Source: Candidatus Falkowbacteria bacterium (GTDB taxonomy: Bacteria > Patescibacteriota > Patescibacteriia > CAIXNZ01). Taken from it: a stretch of 64,000 bases of DNA. How positions within the stretch are numbered: position 1 is the stretch's first letter; every line of letters starts with the position of its first letter. Of this stretch, positions 56,725 to 64,000 are shown piece after piece. The notes below the pieces were generated by a model. The model saw only the letters and a program-made list of their open reading frames with translations. It was not told the DNA's origin and did not search any database. The stretch covers positions 7,314 through 71,313 of the forward strand of contig JAFGMD010000024.1 of NCBI GenBank assembly GCA_016927685.1. Direction: 5' to 3'. The translations under genes and the position numbers were made by a program.

Positions 56725-57018
56725 TTATTTAGGGCAAAGTAATTTTTTCAGCCCTTGCCGCCAGTTATTTTCTGTTTTAAACTCTCGTTTTTTTAATTCT
56801 ATGGTTGGTATCCCAAATTCTTCTATACATCTTGGATCTCTCACGCTTTTCCAATGATGACGGTCGTCTAGGTAAAGTGTCTTTCCATAAAGTCCGCATG
56901 TAATTCGTCTTCCCCCTAAAAGATCCTCGCGGCAACGAAAATTACATGCGCTAGAGCAATAATGAGGATTAGAATCATCAACATTAATTACCAAGGAAAT
57001 GCTCTCGGTGATATTCAT
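56725..57018 (-). CDS. Cys-rich small protein (97 aa; C-x3-C-x3-C plus three further Cys)
   Basis: Start overlaps the stop of the upstream 57-aa peptide (ATGA), and RBS aggagg sits inside the upstream ORF, implying translational coupling. Confidence 0.5.
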   Translation of the reverse strand: MNITESISLVINVDDSNPHYCSSACNFRCREDLLGGRRITCGLYGKTLYLDDRHHWKSVRDPRCIEEFGIPTIELKKREFKTENNWRQGLKKLLCPK

Positions 57019-57188
57019 TTTTTCCTCCGTATCAGGTAAAGAAATGTTTCTGTGATCGCAAACCCCAGCACAATCGGCAGAGCATTTGGAATAAGGGAAT
57101 AGTGCTGGAATAGCCAGGCGTAAGTGGCAATAAAGAAAAAAGCAATCAATGAGCTAAGGGTACAAAAAAAATCAGGTAACTCTTTCAT
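57015..57188 (-). CDS. Small two-TM membrane peptide (57 aa; missed by the >=60-aa ORF track)
   Basis: Translation MKELPDFFCTLSSLIAFFFIATYAWLFQHYSLIPNALPIVLGFAITETFLYLIRRKK; purine-rich RBS gggaaaggggagggaaag. Confidence 0.45.
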   Translation of the reverse strand: MKELPDFFCTLSSLIAFFFIATYAWLFQHYSLIPNALPIVLGFAITETFLYLIRRKK

Positions 57189-57229
57189 CTTTCCCTCCCC
57201 TTTCCCTCTCTTCGCTCACCGAAGCTCCA

Positions 57230-57340
57230 AAGGAGCGAAGGCGGGCTTGTTTTAAGTTGTCAAATTACAAACCGATTTTCATACAGCGACACTTTGTCGC
57301 GACCTGGAGAAAGGGGGCGACTCGAAGTCGCCCGAATTTG
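57230..57340 (-). promoter_or_regulatory. Leader/promoter unit A: terminator, conserved AAATCGGTTTGTAA motif, TTGACA, structured 5'UTR
   Basis: Terminator gggcgacucgaagucgccc (57305-57323), motif at 57265-57279, TTGACA at 57258-57263, 5'UTR hairpin cttcgctc...gagcgaag. Homologous to unit B at 57640-57760. Confidence 0.45.
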
Positions 57341-57413
57341 TTTTGAATTTTTTATTTAAATTATTCCATCCCTTCTTTTTCGATTTCAGTCATCCTTCAG
57401 CGCTTTGTGCCGT

Positions 57414-57620
57414 TCAGTGTGTCAGAATAAAGAACCCTAAAAAGCTACATGCCAAAACAAACATTACGCATAGGACTAAAGTTGGCAATTGTAGGGCAAA
57501 TCCAATAGCGGCAAAAGGATTATTTTTATCCTTTTCCATTTGCACGATGCCTATTATGGAAGTGGCAATAAAAACGCTTGCCATTAAAAACAAGGCAATA
57601 GCGCCAAAAATATTTTGCAT
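57414..57620 (-). CDS. Small two-TM membrane peptide (68 aa)
   Basis: RBS gaaggaggag; preferred over the overlapping plus-strand ORF 57343..57675, which lacks an RBS. Confidence 0.5.
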   Translation of the reverse strand: MQNIFGAIALFLMASVFIATSIIGIVQMEKDKNNPFAAIGFALQLPTLVLCVMFVLACSFLGFFILTH

Positions 57621-57639
57621 GATTTTTTTCTCCTCCTTC

Positions 57640-57760
57640 TACCTAGCGGCGTTTAAGTTGTTAAAGTACCCGTAAAAATATAACCAATTTCCAGCCTGCG
57701 GCACCATGTCACGGCCTGGAAAAAGGGGGCGACTCCATTCAAATGAAATCGCCCATAATT
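57640..57760 (-). promoter_or_regulatory. Leader/promoter unit B (paralogous to unit A)
   Basis: Terminator gggcgauuucauuugaauggagucgccc (57727-57754) + CCUUUUUUCC; shared blocks ccagg.cg.gaca, gaaa(a)t(c/t)ggtt and ttt(g/a)acaacttaaa(a)c. Confidence 0.45.
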
Positions 57761-57770
57761 ATTTTTGTAC

Positions 57771-58019
57771 TTAGATCATTTTGTCTCTCCTTTTCTGTGT
57801 CCATTCATCCAAAAGATCAAAAAATAATTTTGCCATTTGTCCAAAACAAAAGAGATCAATAATTGGCCAGCCAAACTGTCCCACGGTTATGGTCGTTGCG
57901 TTTTTTATAATTACGAATGCTTGCCAAAAACCAAAGCTGAGAAAAATAATAGCCGTAGTCCCGGAAAAAAACATGCCAAACATCAAAAAGATGATAATAC
58001 GAGTTCTTCTGACGTTCAT
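57771..58019 (-). CDS. Small two-TM membrane peptide with amphipathic C-terminus (82 aa)
   Basis: RBS aaaaggaggaataaa; consensus promoter TTGACT-17-TATAAT ~60 nt upstream (plus coordinates ~58085-58120). Confidence 0.55.
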   Translation of the reverse strand: MNVRRTRIIIFLMFGMFFSGTTAIIFLSFGFWQAFVIIKNATTITVGQFGWPIIDLFCFGQMAKLFFDLLDEWTQKRRDKMI

Positions 58020-58175
58020 TTTATTCCTCCTTTTATTTTTTCTATTTTGTTTAAGAACCCATCCCGCACATTTTGCAAGATTTTATATTATAACAACAAA
58101 ATTAATTTTAGTCAATACTATCCGTCTAGCTTATATATTATTACTGCTGATACTATCGCAAAAATAGCTAATTCT

Positions 58176-58210
58176 ATTGACAAATTCTGTAAATATGCTA
58201 TACTGTATTT
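58176..58210 (+). promoter_or_regulatory. Sigma70 promoter (TTGACA-16-TATACT) for the TrmB-like regulator gene
   Basis: ctattgacaaattctgtaaatatgctatactg, ~25 nt upstream of ATG 58232. Confidence 0.5.
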
Positions 58211-58231
58211 AGTAGTCGGAAAATTACGAAT

Positions 58232-58978
58232 ATGACCATAAAAGAATCATTGGAACAAATAGATATTACAGGCAAAAAGGCAGATATTTATCTAGCCTGC
58301 TTGGAAATGGGGGGCGCCACTGCCTATGCCATAGCCAAAAAAGTGAGCCAAAAAAGGCCCACTGTTTATGATATTTTAAACCAGCTTTTGAACGAAGGTT
58401 TAGTTTACAAATCGCTCAAGCGAGGCAAGATGTATTTTTTCCCAAGCGATCCAGCTCGGCTTTTAAAGAAAGCTAAAGAGCGCCAGGAAAACATTGAAGC
58501 GATTTTGCCTGAATTACAAAATCTATATAATGCTCCCAGATTTAAACCTACTATCAGGTATTTTGAGGGTAAAGAGGGTATTAAACAGATGTATGATGAT
58601 AGTTTAAAAAGTTTGAGAAAAGGCGATGAGATTTTAGGTTTTGTGGGCGAAGGTATTTTACAATATTTACCAAAATATGCTGATGAATATATTACCGAAA
58701 GAATTACTAAGGGAATAAGATTTCGTGGCATTTATAAAAAAGAGCTAGGAATTATGGAGTATATGGAGAAAAATGTTGAACAGCTTCGCGAAGTTCGCCT
58801 TTTGAATCCTAAGGATTTTCCAGTTAATAATGAGACAAATATTTATGGCAATAAAGTTGCTTTTGCCAGCTATGGCAAGGAAATGTTTGGTATTATCATA
58901 GAATCAGAAGAAATCAGTAAGTCGCAAAAAGCAATTTTTGAGCTGGCATGGAAAGGTGCAGAAAATTTGGAAAAATAA
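58232..58978 (+). CDS. TrmB-family transcriptional regulator (N-terminal winged HTH)
   Basis: N-terminal ...ADIYLACLEMGGATAYAIAKKVSQKRPTVYDILNQLLNEGLV... is an HTH_TrmB-like pattern; 248 aa with a C-terminal effector-binding-like domain. Confidence 0.65.
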   Translation: MTIKESLEQIDITGKKADIYLACLEMGGATAYAIAKKVSQKRPTVYDILNQLLNEGLVYKSLKRGKMYFFPSDPARLLKKAKERQENIEAILPELQNLYNAPRFKPTIRYFEGKEGIKQMYDDSLKSLRKGDEILGFVGEGILQYLPKYADEYITERITKGIRFRGIYKKELGIMEYMEKNVEQLREVRLLNPKDFPVNNETNIYGNKVAFASYGKEMFGIIIESEEISKSQKAIFELAWKGAENLEK

Positions 58979-58989
58979 AATTTATATAA

Positions 58990-59030
58990 ATACAAAAAGG
59001 CTCCCTTACGAGAGCCCTTTTGCTTTTTGA
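58990..59030. terminator. Bidirectional intrinsic terminator with GNRA tetraloop (near-duplicate of 56420-56455)
   Basis: ggcucccuuacgagagcc (plus) or ggcucucGUAAgggagcc + UUUUUGUAUU (minus). Confidence 0.6.
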
Positions 59031-59059
59031 AATAAAGAACGCTACTCCGATTTTACGGA

Positions 59060-59148
59060 TGGTGCCGAAGGCGGGACTCGAACCCGCACGGAGGATTAAC
59101 TCCAAAGGATTTTAAGTCCTTCGTGTATACCAATTTCACCACTTCGGC
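59060..59148 (-). tRNA. tRNA-Leu(TAA): tRNA-Leu (anticodon UAA), long variable arm, CCA encoded
   Basis: Revcomp reads GCCGAAGTGGTGAAATTGGTATACACGAAGGACTTAAAATCCTTTGGAGTTAATCCTCCGTGCGGGTTCGAGTCCCGCCTTCGGCACCA. Confidence 0.85.
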
Positions 59149-59202
59149 GTGTTTTTGCTATTTTCCTTTTTGTATCTACTATATTAAAATAAAATTAAGC
59201 CT

Positions 59203-59682
59203 ATGTCAAAGAAGAAAAAAGAAATTTATTTGGTTTTACAAAATATACGCTCCCTTTTTAATATTGGGTCTATTTTTAGATCAGCTGATGCATTTTTGGT
59301 TGATAAAATTTATCTTTGCGGTTATTCTGGTTATCCGGTAGATAAACAAATTACAAAAATTGCCAAGACGGCGTTGGGAGCAGAAAAAACCGTGCCTTTT
59401 GAACATTATTGGCAGACTGCCAGCTTGATTAAAAAGTTAAAAAAACAGAAAATTCAGATAGTTACTTTAGAATTAGGTAAAAAGGCTATTCCTCTTCAAA
59501 AATTTAAACCCAAGTTTCCATTAGCAATTATCGTAGGCAACGAAGTGACCGGAGTGACAAAAAATATTTTAAAGCAAACAGATAAAATTATTTATATACC
59601 AATGCAAGGAGCCAAGGAGTCGCTTAATGTGGCTATTGCGGTTAGTATCGCTCTTTATGATATTAATTTGAAAAGAAAATAA
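59203..59682 (+). CDS. SPOUT (SpoU/TrmH-family) RNA 2'-O-methyltransferase, TrmL-like by size
   Basis: 159 aa; LVLQNIRSLFNIGSIFRSADAF...IIVGNEVTGV...IPM.G..ESLNVA are SpoU motifs 1-3; no N-terminal extension, as in TrmL. Confidence 0.65.
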   Translation: MSKKKKEIYLVLQNIRSLFNIGSIFRSADAFLVDKIYLCGYSGYPVDKQITKIAKTALGAEKTVPFEHYWQTASLIKKLKKQKIQIVTLELGKKAIPLQKFKPKFPLAIIVGNEVTGVTKNILKQTDKIIYIPMQGAKESLNVAIAVSIALYDINLKRK

Positions 59683-59753
59683 AAAACTCCCCAGGAGTTT
59701 ATATAAATTTCCAATACCTAATTACTAATTACAAATTACCAATTACTAATTTG

Positions 59754-59827
59754 AGCGGGTGACCGGATTCGAACCGGCGACCTTTTCCTTGGCAAGGAAA
59801 CGTTCTAGCCAACTGAACTACACCCGC
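59754..59827 (-). tRNA. tRNA-Gly(GCC): tRNA-Gly (anticodon GCC)
   Basis: Revcomp reads GCGGGTGTAGTTCAGTTGGCTAGAACGTTTCCTTGCCAAGGAAAAGGTCGCCGGTTCGAATCCGGTCACCCGCT. Confidence 0.85.
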
Positions 59828-60041
59828 ATCATGTAAAATCAGTTTACTACAATTAATAAAAAAAATCAAGAGCTCTTTACTTTTAGATGTCTGTACTTTG
59901 TGGAATTTATTGGAGCATTTCTATTTAGATTTATAATATGAAATTAGCAAAATTAATTGAATAATTTTCCACAATTCATCCACTTGCTCAATTTTTTAAA
60001 TAAGATAAAATTGAACCAAGAATATTTATTTTATTCATTTT

Positions 60042-60674
60042 GTGAAGAATCGTTGGAAAATTTTTTTGGGGGCGGTAATTATCATTACTGCTTTTTTATT
60101 TGCAGATTATAGTTGGGCAAAAACGATTATTTCGGTAAATGAAAATTTAAATTATAAGATAACCGTTCGTATTGTTTTTGATTTTAGGGACGACGAGGCA
60201 TTAAAATATTCTGATGAATTGTTAGTTAGATGGAAAGAAGGTATGAATATTATTTGGAATAATAATTCAAGCGATGATATTGGCAAAATCTTTTACGAAT
60301 TTGATTTAATAAAAAAAGAATCGTGTAAAACTTGCGCAGATTATCCAGAATATCATTGCATAAGCGTAATAAGCGATAAAAGAAATCAAAGAGGAAATAT
60401 TGCAGATGTTACTTTTAATTTTCCTAATTCTGGTTTGAATAGCGATGGGGAGTGGTCAATATATGCTTCAGATAAAGTTGCCGCACATGAAGTCGGTCAT
60501 TTGATGGGATTATTAGACGAATATCACTATGAATATATTAATGGTGAAAAAAAATGGGTTAATGATAATAACAAAGAATCAGAACAACAAAGCATAATGG
60601 CACAAACATGGGGTACGGTTACTGTTTTTAGCGATCAAATTAATAAAATTTTAAAAAGTGCAGGTATTGTATAA
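60042..60674 (+). CDS. Secreted zinc metalloprotease (HExxHxxGxxD zincin, snapalysin/metzincin-like)
   Basis: N-terminal signal/TM (GTG start); motif AAHEVGHLMGLLDEYH. Confidence 0.6.
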   Translation: MKNRWKIFLGAVIIITAFLFADYSWAKTIISVNENLNYKITVRIVFDFRDDEALKYSDELLVRWKEGMNIIWNNNSSDDIGKIFYEFDLIKKESCKTCADYPEYHCISVISDKRNQRGNIADVTFNFPNSGLNSDGEWSIYASDKVAAHEVGHLMGLLDEYHYEYINGEKKWVNDNNKESEQQSIMAQTWGTVTVFSDQINKILKSAGIV

Positions 60675-60691
60675 TATTTTTTATAAGAAAA

Positions 60692-60716
60692 GGGAGTCCG
60701 AACGGACTCCCTTTTG
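60692..60716. terminator. Bidirectional intrinsic terminator at the edge of the GC-rich island
   Basis: gggagtccg aac ggactccc + TTTT. Confidence 0.7.
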
Positions 60717-60718
60717 TG

Positions 60719-61183
60719 TTAAACGATTTTTTCGAAAAACACTTTTTTCGGTTGGCTTTGGTCGAGTCGAGCCATGAAGATTTCAATGTTGTTGGCGGCT
60801 GGGACATATTTTTTAAAAAGTTCAACCGCTTTTTTTAAGTCATTGATCTGGTGCTCGCTGATACTGATTTTTTTGCAGACCAAGTTATGGATCTTGCCAT
60901 ACATCTGGCAGTCATCGTGATTGATAATGATCAGGCGCGGTTGCTTGGCATGCTTGAGCATGAATTCGATTTGGTCCTTGAGCGTCTTGAGGTGTTTGGG
61001 TGCAAAAAGTTCGGCGCCGACCGAGCTGACACTGCCAGGAACGACAATGTAAGCCGGGTGCTGAATTTTCAGCTCGTTTTTAACAAAGGACTTGAAGGCC
61101 TCTTGAAAGCGCGGGTCTGAGCAATGGACAATTATTGCATCGGCTCCGCTTGCTTCAAGTAGCGGATAGAAAATTTTCTCCAT
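60719..61183 (-). CDS. Hypothetical protein on the GC-rich island (weak beta-carbonic-anhydrase-like Cys/His motifs)
   Basis: HCSDPRF and NHDDC loosely resemble beta-CA zinc-ligand motifs (low confidence); GC ~50%. Confidence 0.5.
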   Translation of the reverse strand: MEKIFYPLLEASGADAIIVHCSDPRFQEAFKSFVKNELKIQHPAYIVVPGSVSSVGAELFAPKHLKTLKDQIEFMLKHAKQPRLIIINHDDCQMYGKIHNLVCKKISISEHQINDLKKAVELFKKYVPAANNIEIFMARLDQSQPKKVFFEKIV

Positions 61184-61245
61184 TTTGCCTCCTTTAAAAA
61201 AGAAAGGGAGGAGGCTGGGCCTCCTCCCTTGTTAGTGGTTAATGG

Positions 61246-62874
61246 TTATTTCTTCTTGGGTTCGTCAGCCTTGGGCCTTGAACCGTCTTCGGTCTTGGCC
61301 GGCTGGCCGGTTTTGTCTCCGACAGCTTCCTTGCTCATGGCTGCCAGCTTGTTGCCGAGCAGTTCACTCGCTTTTTTCAGGATTTCGGTCGGATCGACCA
61401 GGCCGCTGGCTTTGAGCTGCTGCACAAAGTCAAAGAACATTTTGGGAACGATGGAGGCCACACGGTTCATCGCTCCGTCTCCGCCGCTGCCAGTGTCCCA
61501 GACAGTGAGGTTGTCGATGCTGCCGAGTGAAGAGGCTAGTGAGGAGAATATTTTTTCGGCAACTTCGCCGCCTGCTTCGCCAATGGCTTTAATGACTTCG
61601 GGTGATTTTTCCATGAGGAAGAGCAGTTGGCCGGCCTGATTCAGTTTGGTCAGGGCCTCGGCCAGTTTTTCCTTGCCTTCGGCTTCGGCCAGTAGCTGGG
61701 CCTTGGTGCCATCGGCGATGGCGACCAACTTGGCCTTTTCCGCGTCTGCGGCTGCTTGGCCTTGTTGCCTGATTTTGGCAGCATCGCCTTCGGCTTCCAG
61801 AACAGCTGCACTCTTTTTGGCCTCGGCCAATTTGATCGCGGCCTGCGCTTCACCATCGGCCTTGAGAATGGCCGCCTGTCGTTGTGCTTCGGCATTGATG
61901 ACTGCGGCTTTTTGGTTTGCCTCGGCTTCTCTGATGGTCGTGGCTTCCAACTGTTTTTGCCGACGAGCCGCTTCTTTTTCCTGGACCAAAGTAGCGCCTT
62001 CGGTCTCAGCCGCAAGAGTGGCCTGCTCAGCAGTTTTCACGTCCTTTTCAGCCAAGGCCTTGGCTTTGGGCCCTGCCTGGGCAGCCAATGCTTCCTGGGC
62101 CTGAACTTCTGCCGCGTAAGCGGCCTTTTTGACTGACAGGTTTTTGTTGGCTTCGGCGATTTTTCTTTCGTTTTCGGCCGCAATCTCCGCTGCCTCTCTC
62201 ATGGCTTCAGATGTCTTTTTCTTGGCTTCGGCTTCGGCCTGGGCTTTGCCGATGGCCGCGTCACGCTGGACTTCGGCGGTTCTCTTTTGGCCCAGGGCGT
62301 TCAAATAGTTGTGAGCGTCGGAGATGCTTTTGATGCCGATAGAATCGGCATCCAAGCCCATTTTCTGCAGATCCACCAGGGACTCGCTGGTTATCTTTTC
62401 GGCAAAGGTTTTACGATCCGAGTTGAGTTCTTCAATAGTCATGGTGCCGACAATGGCGCGCAAATGCGCTTCCAAAGTCTGCAGAGCCGTGTTTTGGATT
62501 TCCTGAGGCCTGCCCAGGAATCGTTCAACGGCGTTGATTACTGAGGTATCATCGCTCTTGATCTTGATATTGGCGATCGCATCAATGCTGACTGGCACGC
62601 CGTCTTTGTTGTAGGCGTCAGTGACTCTGACATCGATCGTCATCAATTCCAGGCTCAGGTATTGGGTCTGTTCGATGATAGGCCAGACAAAGGTAGCACC
62701 GCCGCGAACAATCCTGTAGCCGACCTCCTTGTCTCCCAGTTTGCGTTTGCGTCCAGTGATGATAGCCACCTTATCTGGCGGAACCTTGATGTAGCGTTTG
62801 GACCACACCAGAAAACCGCCAACAAAGGCGAGTGCCAGAACGACAATAATGACTGGAATAATGAACGCTCCCAT
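61246..62874 (-). CDS. Flotillin-like SPFH/band-7 protein (YqiK/FloT-like) with a long Ala/Glu/Lys-rich coiled coil
   Basis: N-terminal TM, SPFH domain (KVPPDKVAIITGRK...VTDAYNKDGVPVSIDAIANIKI), ~250-aa EA-rich coiled coil, C-terminal region. Confidence 0.85.
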   Translation of the reverse strand: MGAFIIPVIIVVLALAFVGGFLVWSKRYIKVPPDKVAIITGRKRKLGDKEVGYRIVRGGATFVWPIIEQTQYLSLELMTIDVRVTDAYNKDGVPVSIDAIANIKIKSDDTSVINAVERFLGRPQEIQNTALQTLEAHLRAIVGTMTIEELNSDRKTFAEKITSESLVDLQKMGLDADSIGIKSISDAHNYLNALGQKRTAEVQRDAAIGKAQAEAEAKKKTSEAMREAAEIAAENERKIAEANKNLSVKKAAYAAEVQAQEALAAQAGPKAKALAEKDVKTAEQATLAAETEGATLVQEKEAARRQKQLEATTIREAEANQKAAVINAEAQRQAAILKADGEAQAAIKLAEAKKSAAVLEAEGDAAKIRQQGQAAADAEKAKLVAIADGTKAQLLAEAEGKEKLAEALTKLNQAGQLLFLMEKSPEVIKAIGEAGGEVAEKIFSSLASSLGSIDNLTVWDTGSGGDGAMNRVASIVPKMFFDFVQQLKASGLVDPTEILKKASELLGNKLAAMSKEAVGDKTGQPAKTEDGSRPKADEPKKK

Positions 62875-62897
62875 TTTTTCTCCTCCTTCTTTTCGGG

Positions 62898-63539
62898 TTA
62901 ATTTTGGCCTAGACGCGTGACTATCACGGTCTGCCCCATGGCCTTGGTGACTTTGACAGTGTTGCCTTCCAGAATTTCAGATCCGTCCTCGGATTGGGCC
63001 AGGTAAGTGATGGTGCCGGTATGAGTGGTGGCCTGAATTTGGCCGGCTTCGTTTTTCGGAATTTTCACAATAACCATAACTTCCTTGCCCACAAGATCAT
63101 TGGCCGAGATGTTAGCAGAGGCCTGTTGCTTGGCCAAAAAGTTGACAAAGGCATACATAAGAACGGCCATAAGAAAACCGGCCAGAATGCCAATTCCGCT
63201 TGAGGCAAATACGCCCATTTTTAAATAGCTGCAGATTGCACCGACCAGGCCAAAGCCTGCGACAAATGACATTATGATTCTGAATGAAAAGAAGCCGGGT
63301 GCGCGTAAGCCGGCCATATCCGTATGGTCGCCTCCCGAGTCTGGATGATCGGCTCCATGGTCGACGTGCAGGTCATGATCGGGATGATCAAAATCATGAT
63401 CAATGCCGAACGCGTCTCCTAATTCTCCAAGAAAGAGAGAAAAGAGACTGATACCTGCGGCGACCAATCCAATGGTCAAAAATACGCCAAAGGTGAATAT
63501 TTTGTCAAGGTGCGCTAAAAGTCCGGTAAGCCATTCCAT
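62898..63539 (-). CDS. NfeD-like membrane protein (YqiJ/YuaF-like flotillin partner) with a His/Asp-rich loop
   Basis: TM helices, DHDFDHPDHDLHVDHGADHPDSGGDH loop and a C-terminal OB-fold-like beta domain; sits immediately upstream of the flotillin gene. Confidence 0.75.
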   Translation of the reverse strand: MEWLTGLLAHLDKIFTFGVFLTIGLVAAGISLFSLFLGELGDAFGIDHDFDHPDHDLHVDHGADHPDSGGDHTDMAGLRAPGFFSFRIIMSFVAGFGLVGAICSYLKMGVFASSGIGILAGFLMAVLMYAFVNFLAKQQASANISANDLVGKEVMVIVKIPKNEAGQIQATTHTGTITYLAQSEDGSEILEGNTVKVTKAMGQTVIVTRLGQN

Positions 63540-63764
63540 TTTCTACCTCCTTTTTTTTATTCATTTTTCCTTTTTTTGCCACAATTACAACAAATTTCGC
63601 CTCCTTTCAAAACATTAAAATTTTGTTAACCGAACACTTTAACTTAACATAACTGTCCTATTATGTCAAGGTTTATAGGTATTTATTGTAAAAATCTTGA
63701 CAACATTTTTTAATCCTGTTAAACTACTCCATATTTCACAAATAAAAAGGAGGGATAGTAGTAA

Positions 63765-64000
63765 TGTCCGACAGTCAATTTGTTGACGGCGAGATGTATT
63801 TTGTTCTTTTGGATACCCTGACTGAGATTGAAGAAGAAATTCGCAGTAATGGCCACAGTAATGTGGAAAAAGCGCGTCTTTTCCATCAATTAGGTAGTAT
63901 TTACGGATTGATGGGAGAGATGAACCAGCAGAAATTTTCATGGCAAAAGGCGGTGGAACTAGATCCCCAATCAAAAATTTTCCAGCAAAGCCTGGCAAGT
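63765..64000 (+). CDS. Partial CDS (runs off the window end), hypothetical
   Basis: RBS aaaaaggaggg 8 nt before ATG 63765; translation MSDSQFVDGEMYFVLLDTLTEIEEEIRSNGHSNVEKARLFHQLGSIYGLMGEMNQQKFSWQKAVELDPQSKIFQQSLAS... is open to the window end. Confidence 0.45.

Noticed and set aside
57343-58235. Plus-strand ORFs 57343..57675, 57781..58167, 57837..58235
   Set aside because: They overlap minus-strand small-peptide genes that have strong RBSs, consensus promoters and terminators, whereas the plus-frame products lack RBSs and are low-complexity.
59711-59753. Short tandem aattactaatt repeats beside tRNA-Gly(GCC)
   Set aside because: It is low-complexity AT-rich sequence with only two units and has no supportable function.
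60719-61183. Calling the 154-aa island protein a beta-carbonic anhydrase
   Set aside because: Only loose CSDPR/HDDC motif resemblance was found, the protein is ~50 aa shorter than typical beta-CAs, and the second zinc-ligand motif is imperfect, so it is left as hypothetical.
61229-62901. Several plus-strand and alternate-frame ORFs (61229..61639, 61646..62104, 61650..62015, 61756..62136, 62287..62544, 62662..62901 etc.)
   Set aside because: They are shadow ORFs produced by high GC inside the flotillin gene, with no RBS, and the flotillin reading frame has the clear SPFH domain.
63666-63998. Minus-strand ORF 63666..63998
   Set aside because: It overlaps a plus-strand ORF (from 63765) that has a well-spaced RBS and promoter, and the minus ORF has no translation signals.

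Overview
This window reads as a low-GC (~30%) compact bacterial chromosome segment spanning the replication origin (rpmH-rnpA-yidD | dnaA-dnaN). Gene content suggests a CPR/Parcubacteria-like organism (inference): 16S rRNA with no adjacent 23S, ribosomal protein L9 absent after rpsR, many small secreted/membrane proteins, near-consensus sigma70 promoters and GNRA-loop intrinsic terminators throughout. Housekeeping genes recognised by motif: rpsF-ssb-rpsR-efp, recA, ftsK, rpsP, KH protein, trmD, tig, dnaA, dnaN, PBP1A, ruvC, ruvB, yebC, galU, and a flotillin/NfeD pair. RNA genes: one 16S rRNA (minus strand) with a perfect 18-bp leader/trailer processing stem and a consensus P1 promoter. Four tRNAs lie downstream of it (Ile-GAT, Phe-GAA, Pro-TGG, Gly-TCC), and there are two more tRNAs elsewhere (Leu-TAA, Gly-GCC). 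Main hunt results: (1) a tandem array of eight diverged paralogous small two-helix membrane proteins (42190-45853) with VirB2/TrbC-pilin-like topology, variable and partly extremely Cys-rich exposed tails, and no secretion ATPase or relaxase nearby. This is the most likely novel system. (2) A cluster of six tiny (57-97 aa) mostly two-TM peptide genes (56150-58020) with paralogous ~100-nt leaders carrying a conserved AAATCGGTTTGTAA+TTGACA motif and near-identical terminators, next to a divergently transcribed TrmB-like regulator. (3) Partial 3'-end direct repeats of tRNA-Ile and tRNA-Pro beside the intact genes, and a ~200-nt GC-rich, heavily inverted-repeat-structured spacer between 16S and tRNA-Ile that begins with a tRNA-Ala-like 5' fragment. 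(4) GC-rich (~50-58%) probable horizontally acquired islets, the largest carrying an NfeD/flotillin (yqiJK-like) operon. (5) A shared palindrome-containing element (TTATAGTACTATAA) upstream of both rpsF and ruvB, a candidate ~160-nt sRNA with its own promoter and terminator, and a uORF plus attenuator-like hairpin ahead of a cell-surface glycosylation gene cluster. No CRISPR array, transposase or integrase was seen.
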